Assembly: GCA_003193925.1 (NCBI GenBank)
Contig: PSPG01000002.1
Location: 1 to 64,000, forward strand
Source of the DNA: Candidatus Thalassarchaeum betae
GTDB taxonomy: Archaea; Thermoplasmatota; Poseidoniia; Poseidoniales; Thalassarchaeaceae
Reading direction: 5' to 3'
Length of the DNA stretch: 64,000 nucleotides
Position 1 is the stretch's first letter; each line of letters begins with the position of its first letter. The notes beneath the pieces are model-generated. The model searched no databases. It had not been told where the DNA came from and saw only the letters and a list, made by a program, of their open reading frames with translations. Positions 58,860 through 64,000 of this stretch are shown piece after piece. The translations under genes were made by a program, and so were the position numbers.

Positions 58860-60332
58860 ATGACGGCTGAGTGGAGGGATTTCCTAGAGTCTGATGGCCC
58901 AGGAAGGATGCGTATCTCGAGGCATGGGGACATGCTGACTGACGCCATACTGATCGCTGATGAGCGGCACATGTCCGAGCACTCGGACGACCGCTCGCCC
59001 GGGCAACTGGTCAACACCGCTGCCCTGCCCGGAATCGTCGGCGAGGCCTGGGGAATGGCGGACTGGCACTTCGGGTACGGTTTTCCTATTGGCGGAGTCG
59101 TCGCCACGGACATCGAGGCAGGCGAGCAGGGGGGCGCCATCTCTCCGGGAGGTGTCGGCTTCGACATCAACTGCGGAGTCAGGCTCTGCGCCACCGAGAT
59201 GAGCATCTCCGACCTCGATCCCAAGCGACTCGCAGCGAGGCTATCGCGCTCGATCCCAGCGGGAGCCACCTCCAAGGGCGGCGTCAGCCTCGGCGATGGC
59301 GAGATGGAGGCCGTCCTGTCCGAAGGCGCCGGCGCTGCCGTCGAACTGGGTTGGGGCGAGGCCCGGGACCTCGATGCCATCGAATCGAACGGCCGCCTCG
59401 ACAGCGAGGAGAGGGCTGTGAGCGAGCGAGCCATGAAACGCGGCTCCACCGCACTGGGAACGCTCGGCTCTGGCAACCACTTCCTAGAGCTCCAGGTCGT
59501 AGAACGCGTCGTCGACGATGCTGCTGCGGCCGCCTACGGTCTGAGGGAGGGACAGGTCACAGCGATGATCCACACCGGCTCGAGGGGGCTAGGACATCAG
59601 GTCTGCTCCGAGCACGTCGCTGCCATCGAGTCGAAGTATCGCAAGGCAGGGAGCGCTTGGCATTCACCCGAGTGGGGAATCACGCTAGCAGACCGGCAAC
59701 TCGCAGCCGCGCCGATCCACAGCCCCGCAGGGGCTGCTTACCTCGATGCGATGAGCGCGGCTGGCAACTACGCATTCGCCAACCGCTCGGCACTGACCCA
59801 GCGTCTGCGCAACGTGCTGCGCGAGCAATACGGCCAAGACGGCGATCTCGAGGTGGTCTACGACGTCTGTCACAACATCGCCAAGATCGAAGATCACATG
59901 GTGCACGGGGTGAGTTGCAGGTGCTGCGTCCACCGCAAGGGAGCCACTCGGGCACTGGGTGGGGACCATCCCGAGCTCGCCTCTAGGTTCTCCGGGATCG
60001 GCCAGCCGGTCCTCGTGCCGGGGGACATGGGAACCGCTTCGTGGGTCCTAGCGGGTCCTGCGAGGGGGGCCAACGACGCCTTCGCCTCGTCGTGCCACGG
60101 CGCGGGACGCCGCTTGTCTCGCACGGCTGCTCGCAAGAGAATCGACTCGGTCTCGCTCAGGGAGACGCTGGAGTCAAAGGGCATCCACGTCCATGCCAAG
60201 ACCCCCAACGTGCTCTCTGAGGAGGCTCCGGACGCCTACAAGGACGTGGACGAGGTGGTCCGCCTCACTGCGGAGGCCGGGCTGGCGAGACCGGTCGCAC
60301 GTCTGAGGCCGATAGCCGTGATCAAGGGCTAG
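58860..60332 (+). CDS. rtcB: RtcB RNA-splicing ligase
   Basis: DWHFGYGFPIGGV, VGFDINCG, GSGNHFLE, HTGSRG, HNIAK, HGAGR, EAPDAYKDV. Start revised to ATG 58860. Confidence 0.96.
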   Translation: MTAEWRDFLESDGPGRMRISRHGDMLTDAILIADERHMSEHSDDRSPGQLVNTAALPGIVGEAWGMADWHFGYGFPIGGVVATDIEAGEQGGAISPGGVGFDINCGVRLCATEMSISDLDPKRLAARLSRSIPAGATSKGGVSLGDGEMEAVLSEGAGAAVELGWGEARDLDAIESNGRLDSEERAVSERAMKRGSTALGTLGSGNHFLELQVVERVVDDAAAAAYGLREGQVTAMIHTGSRGLGHQVCSEHVAAIESKYRKAGSAWHSPEWGITLADRQLAAAPIHSPAGAAYLDAMSAAGNYAFANRSALTQRLRNVLREQYGQDGDLEVVYDVCHNIAKIEDHMVHGVSCRCCVHRKGATRALGGDHPELASRFSGIGQPVLVPGDMGTASWVLAGPARGANDAFASSCHGAGRRLSRTAARKRIDSVSLRETLESKGIHVHAKTPNVLSEEAPDAYKDVDEVVRLTAEAGLARPVARLRPIAVIKG

Positions 60333-60820
60333 TCTGACTTGTCGCGATAGTGTATCTCGATGACGTCGTTGTTCTTCATCGCGTGGCTGCCGTACTCATC
60401 GTTGAGCTCCCCATTGACGTACATGACGACCTCGCTGTCCTCGTCGGCGACGCTGTTGAGGATCTGGTTCTCGTTGAACGTCTCGCCCCAGATATCGAAG
60501 AAAGCTCCTACTGGGGCCTCCATCGTCCGAGGAGTCTCTATGTGCAGTTTGCCAGTGCCGTCGTGAGTGTGAATGCCCCTCAAGCCGTCACAGGAAGCGT
60601 CGTCGATGCCGATTTCCGCAGCTATTGCGACCTCGGAGCCGTCGAGAAATATCCTGAGAGTAGAGTGTTCGTGGGAGACCAACTCGTTGTGACCGGCGAG
60701 GCAGACATCGACGATCTCCCAGTCTTCATCGACCAGCGCATTGGGGGAGAACACCACCACTGCGAAGAATGCCGCGGTCATCACAGCGGCCCCGACCATC
60801 AGCCATGACTCTGATTTCAC
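60329..60820 (-). CDS. Membrane-anchored hypothetical protein with HxH and HTHD motifs
   Basis: N-terminal TM; HEH...IHTHDGTGKLHIE; MYVNG. Start GTG 60820 inferred. Confidence 0.7.
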   Translation of the reverse strand: MKSESWLMVGAAVMTAAFFAVVVFSPNALVDEDWEIVDVCLAGHNELVSHEHSTLRIFLDGSEVAIAAEIGIDDASCDGLRGIHTHDGTGKLHIETPRTMEAPVGAFFDIWGETFNENQILNSVADEDSEVVMYVNGELNDEYGSHAMKNNDVIEIHYRDKSD

Positions 60821-60871
60821 GCTAGGCGCACAGAGGCAGTCGTCTTGAACCATGAGGCTCCGCATTCGCCC
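60821..60871. promoter_or_regulatory. Probable bidirectional promoter shared by the HxH protein gene and alkA
   Basis: TCTTGAA (60843-60849) centred 26 bp from both inferred divergent starts (60820 and 60872). Confidence 0.45.
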
Positions 60872-61501
60872 ATGCCAGAGCCCGGAGCGGTTCCCGAGTA
60901 CTGGGAGGAGGCGAAGGCGAGGTTGTCCCGGACAGACCCCGTCCTAGCCGGGGTGATCACATCGCGCGAGGAGTCGGTGCTGACCTCGCGGGGGGACATG
61001 TTCCTCACGTTGACGGGCTCGATCATCAGCCAGCAGATCTCCACGAAGGCCGCCAAGTCGGTCTGGTCGAGATTCGAGGGGCTGGTGGGAGAGGTCACCC
61101 CCCGGTCCATCCTGTCGCACTCGCACGAGGAATTGCGGGGCTGCGGGATGTCCGGGCGCAAGGCGGAGTACATCGGCGGCATCGCCGAGGCGTGGACCAG
61201 CGGCTACGAAGACATCCTCTGGGAGGCGCTGAGCGACGAGGAGGCTTCGGAGAGGTTGATTGCTCTGAGGGGTGTGGGAGTCTGGACTTGCGAGATGATC
61301 CTGATCTTCACACTGCTCCGCCCCGACGTCTTCCCTGTTGGTGACGTCGGAGTCGTACGGGCCATGGAGATGATGTACAACGACGGCGAGGAGATGAGTA
61401 CGGAGGATCTGCTCGGCAAGGCCGAGGGGTGGAGGCCCTGGAGGACCGTTGCGACGTGGTACCTGTGGCGTAGCATAGACCCGGAGCCGGTGCAGTACTG
61501 A
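60872..61501 (+). CDS. alkA: DNA-3-methyladenine glycosylase II (AlkA family, HhH-GPD)
   Basis: IISQQIS, HhH LRGVGVWT, FPVGDVG, WRPWRT. Confidence 0.9.
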   Translation: MPEPGAVPEYWEEAKARLSRTDPVLAGVITSREESVLTSRGDMFLTLTGSIISQQISTKAAKSVWSRFEGLVGEVTPRSILSHSHEELRGCGMSGRKAEYIGGIAEAWTSGYEDILWEALSDEEASERLIALRGVGVWTCEMILIFTLLRPDVFPVGDVGVVRAMEMMYNDGEEMSTEDLLGKAEGWRPWRTVATWYLWRSIDPEPVQY

Positions 61502-61672
61502 TCACATGCAGTATCCGCGCTTTGGCTGGTCGGGGATGGACGGGGCCGCTCCCGACTGAACGCCGTCGGCCTCCTCCATGATGATCGTCAGCAGTGTGTT
61601 GACGAGCGCTTTGAGGTCCTCGACCTCGTCCCTGAGCTCTTCCACCCCACTGGCTTCGCTGTCCTCGGGCAT
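61502..61672 (-). CDS. Small coiled-coil hypothetical protein (56 aa)
   Basis: MPEDSEASGVEELRDEVEDLKALVNTLLTIIMEE...; heptad pattern; stop abuts the alkA stop (TGATCA). Confidence 0.55.
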   Translation of the reverse strand: MPEDSEASGVEELRDEVEDLKALVNTLLTIIMEEADGVQSGAAPSIPDQPKRGYCM

Positions 61673-61795
61673 CCGCGCATCCCATCCGAGGAATCGCTTC
61701 CTCAAGGCGGCGAGCGCCGTCCTGTGGCCTATAAACACGGGAGGTTTGGCGTAAGCGGAAGTGGCGGTTCCGCGGGGCCGCGCGAAGGGCCGGAC

Positions 61796-64000
61796 TCACT
61801 CGCCGCCGTCTTCCTCGCCTGCCTCGTCGTCGCCGTCCCACGAGTCGTCTTCGTAGTAGCCCCCTTCGTCATCGTCGTAGTAGAAGTCCTCGCTGTCGCG
61901 GCCTCGCATCATGAACATCGCGATGCCTAGGACAGCGAGTAACAAGACCCCTCCGATCAGCAACATCTGCGAGCTCTCGCCTCCCTCGTCCTCGGTTGGC
62001 GGAGGCTGCACGTTGATCCCGGTGATAGGCTGGTAGGGGTTGTCGAAGTCACCGTTGACGATCAGGTACAGGTTGGGCTGTCCCGGCTGCCACGACTCCC
62101 ACCGGAACTCGGCGTGGACGCTCGAGCTCTCGGCAGGCAGTAACAGCATGATATCGCCATTAGTCGCCGTCGAGAGTGACATCCTCCACTGGCCGTCGAC
62201 CAGCTCGTAGAGGCCGACTTGGAGTTCTCCTTCCCTCTTCCCTTGGTTCTCCCAGAATGTCTCGATGGTCAGGATTTCTCCCTGCAGCGGCGTCTGGGTC
62301 GGGTTGATGACAGCGCGCGTGTACTGGCCGAGGAACTCCATGATCCTCATGGTGACCTGCCTAGGGGCGACTTCGCTGGCGGCTCCGACGATCTCGTTGC
62401 CGGACTTGTCGGTGGAAGTCACCCAGAACCAGATGTAGTCCCCAGACTCCACCCTCATGCCATTCAGCGGATTGAGGTCGAGGACGGATTGGTAGACGTC
62501 GTTGGTGTCACCGTCGGAGATCATCACGAGCTCCCCTGTTACCTCCGTGCCGGGCACCGGCGCGTTGTCCCTGACATAAACCCAAGCGACCTGCAGCGGG
62601 CCGTCGACCATGCCGATCTCGTCGACCATGGTCACGGTCACGGTCACGTCGTCCAGCATATCGGAGTCGAGGATCGTCAGTGACGAGTCCGGGTACTCAG
62701 CCATGTTGAACAGAACCTGCGGTGACTTGCTGTCCACGACCACCGAGGCGTCGCTGTTCACACCCGAAGAGCCCGCCCCAGGCACGTTCAGCACGGTGGT
62801 CGTCACTACCATCTCCGGGTTCAGCGGCACTCTGGCAGGCAGAACCATCGATCCCATGAAGGTGCCATCTGGTTCTACATCGACCACGATGTCGATCTCC
62901 TGGGTTCCGTAGATCACCTCGATCTCGACTTGCAGATCGTCAGGGATCTCGCTCGCGACGACTTGGGAGCCTGAGTAGTAGATAGTGCCCTCCATCAGGA
63001 ATTCGTCACCCTGCCTAAGGTACAGTGTGTGCCCCACAGCTTCGATTTGAGGCGGAGTGAGGTCCTGCATCGAGTCCGGGACCGCCATGAAATTGTTGTC
63101 AAGATCCCAAGTCAGCTCGCCTATGTTGTTCTGGTAAGCCACGGTGCTCAGGTCATCCTCGATGCTGATGCTGGGCTTGCACCCCAACTGTCCTTCTGCC
63201 CACGGGTAATCCCATGAGAGCTTGAATCCGAGACTGAGCTGGGTTATCGCCGACGTCACCTCGGCGGTCTGGGCGCTCAACGGGGAGACCATGCTGTCAT
63301 CGGCGGTCCACAGGGTCCCCCTCGATGGGTCGTAGGTGAACTTGCCGAGGTTGGACGGACCGTCACCGCAGAGCATGATGGTGACGTTGTCCAGTGTGTG
63401 TATCCCGTTGAGCTCGTCGATCTGCATGGTGAAGGTGTGTGGGACCCCAGCGAGCAGGTAGCCGAGCTCGCGGTCGAGATCGAAACCAGTCGGGACGATG
63501 TTGGTGGGCTCGTCGGTGGCGATCACTACGGTGGACCAGGCGTTCTCGGCACCCGGACCCCCCCCGGTACCTCCGTCCTGGTAGGAGTAACCTGCCCAGT
63601 CTGTGCCCTCGATGTACATGTGGACCATGCTGTTGAAGGGCAGTGCCGCGACGTCGATGCCGACGAATTGCACCTGCTGCTGGCCCGTCATGCCAGAAGT
63701 CAGAGGCTGCTGCTGGGACAGGTACTCGTCCTCGTCAGCGATACCGTCCATGTTCACGTCGTCGACGGTCTCGCGCCAGTAGCGCAGGGCGATGATCTCG
63801 CCTCGGGCCTCTGCCTCATCTATGGTGACGAACACCGTGAGGGGGTTCTGGGGCTCCCACACCTTGCCGTGCGCTGGCTGCAGGCCGATTGCGGTATTGA
63901 CCTCTATCGGTCCGGCGGTCGGCGGGTTGGAATCGACCCTGATGATGACCTGCTGCGCGAGGCCGGTCACGTCCTCGGCCCCGGTGGACGAGCCGGAGGG
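61796..64000 (-). CDS. C-terminal part of a large surface protein (beta/Ig-like domains, C-terminal TM, acidic Tyr-rich tail); runs off the window end
   Basis: Frame stays open to base 64000; TM MLLIGGVLLLAVLGIAMFMM followed by DFYYDDDEGGYYEDDSW. Confidence 0.8.
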   Translation of the reverse strand, partial: PSGSSTGAEDVTGLAQQVIIRVDSNPPTAGPIEVNTAIGLQPAHGKVWEPQNPLTVFVTIDEAEARGEIIALRYWRETVDDVNMDGIADEDEYLSQQQPLTSGMTGQQQVQFVGIDVAALPFNSMVHMYIEGTDWAGYSYQDGGTGGGPGAENAWSTVVIATDEPTNIVPTGFDLDRELGYLLAGVPHTFTMQIDELNGIHTLDNVTIMLCGDGPSNLGKFTYDPSRGTLWTADDSMVSPLSAQTAEVTSAITQLSLGFKLSWDYPWAEGQLGCKPSISIEDDLSTVAYQNNIGELTWDLDNNFMAVPDSMQDLTPPQIEAVGHTLYLRQGDEFLMEGTIYYSGSQVVASEIPDDLQVEIEVIYGTQEIDIVVDVEPDGTFMGSMVLPARVPLNPEMVVTTTVLNVPGAGSSGVNSDASVVVDSKSPQVLFNMAEYPDSSLTILDSDMLDDVTVTVTMVDEIGMVDGPLQVAWVYVRDNAPVPGTEVTGELVMISDGDTNDVYQSVLDLNPLNGMRVESGDYIWFWVTSTDKSGNEIVGAASEVAPRQVTMRIMEFLGQYTRAVINPTQTPLQGEILTIETFWENQGKREGELQVGLYELVDGQWRMSLSTATNGDIMLLLPAESSSVHAEFRWESWQPGQPNLYLIVNGDFDNPYQPITGINVQPPPTEDEGGESSQMLLIGGVLLLAVLGIAMFMMRGRDSEDFYYDDDEGGYYEDDSWDGDDEAGEEDGGE

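Overview
High-GC, very compact archaeal chromosome segment. Archaeal marker genes (RpoL, EF-1beta, Cbf5, GPN GTPase, DGGGP synthase, archaeal AlaRS) sit beside bacterial-type RibA, GuaC and a DEAD-box helicase, two MMPL/RND proteins and giant Asp-rich surface proteins. This mix best fits Marine Group II Euryarchaeota (Poseidoniales); the taxon is inferred, not proven. The window holds about 40 CDS, four intron-less tRNAs (Gln-TTG, Lys-CTT, His-GTG, Glu-CTC) and an RNase P RNA. I saw no CRISPR array, IS element, integrase or prophage. Best leads: (1) a cytoplasmic poly-Pro protein (42132-44723) with a segment that resembles, by eye, the mu-homology domain of eukaryotic adaptins, delta-COP and muniscins; (2) short inverted repeats recurring between degenerate TATA boxes and the starts of apparently leaderless genes; (3) a PPxY motif plus WW-like module in a surface-protein tail; (4) a lysine-less lipoyl/biotinyl fold inside an Asp-rich repeat surface protein; (5) a tandem V4R/Bet3-like protein; (6) a hairpin-rich 585-bp intergenic region and an unannotated 21-aa ORF. 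All domain calls are by-eye motif recognition; no database search was run.
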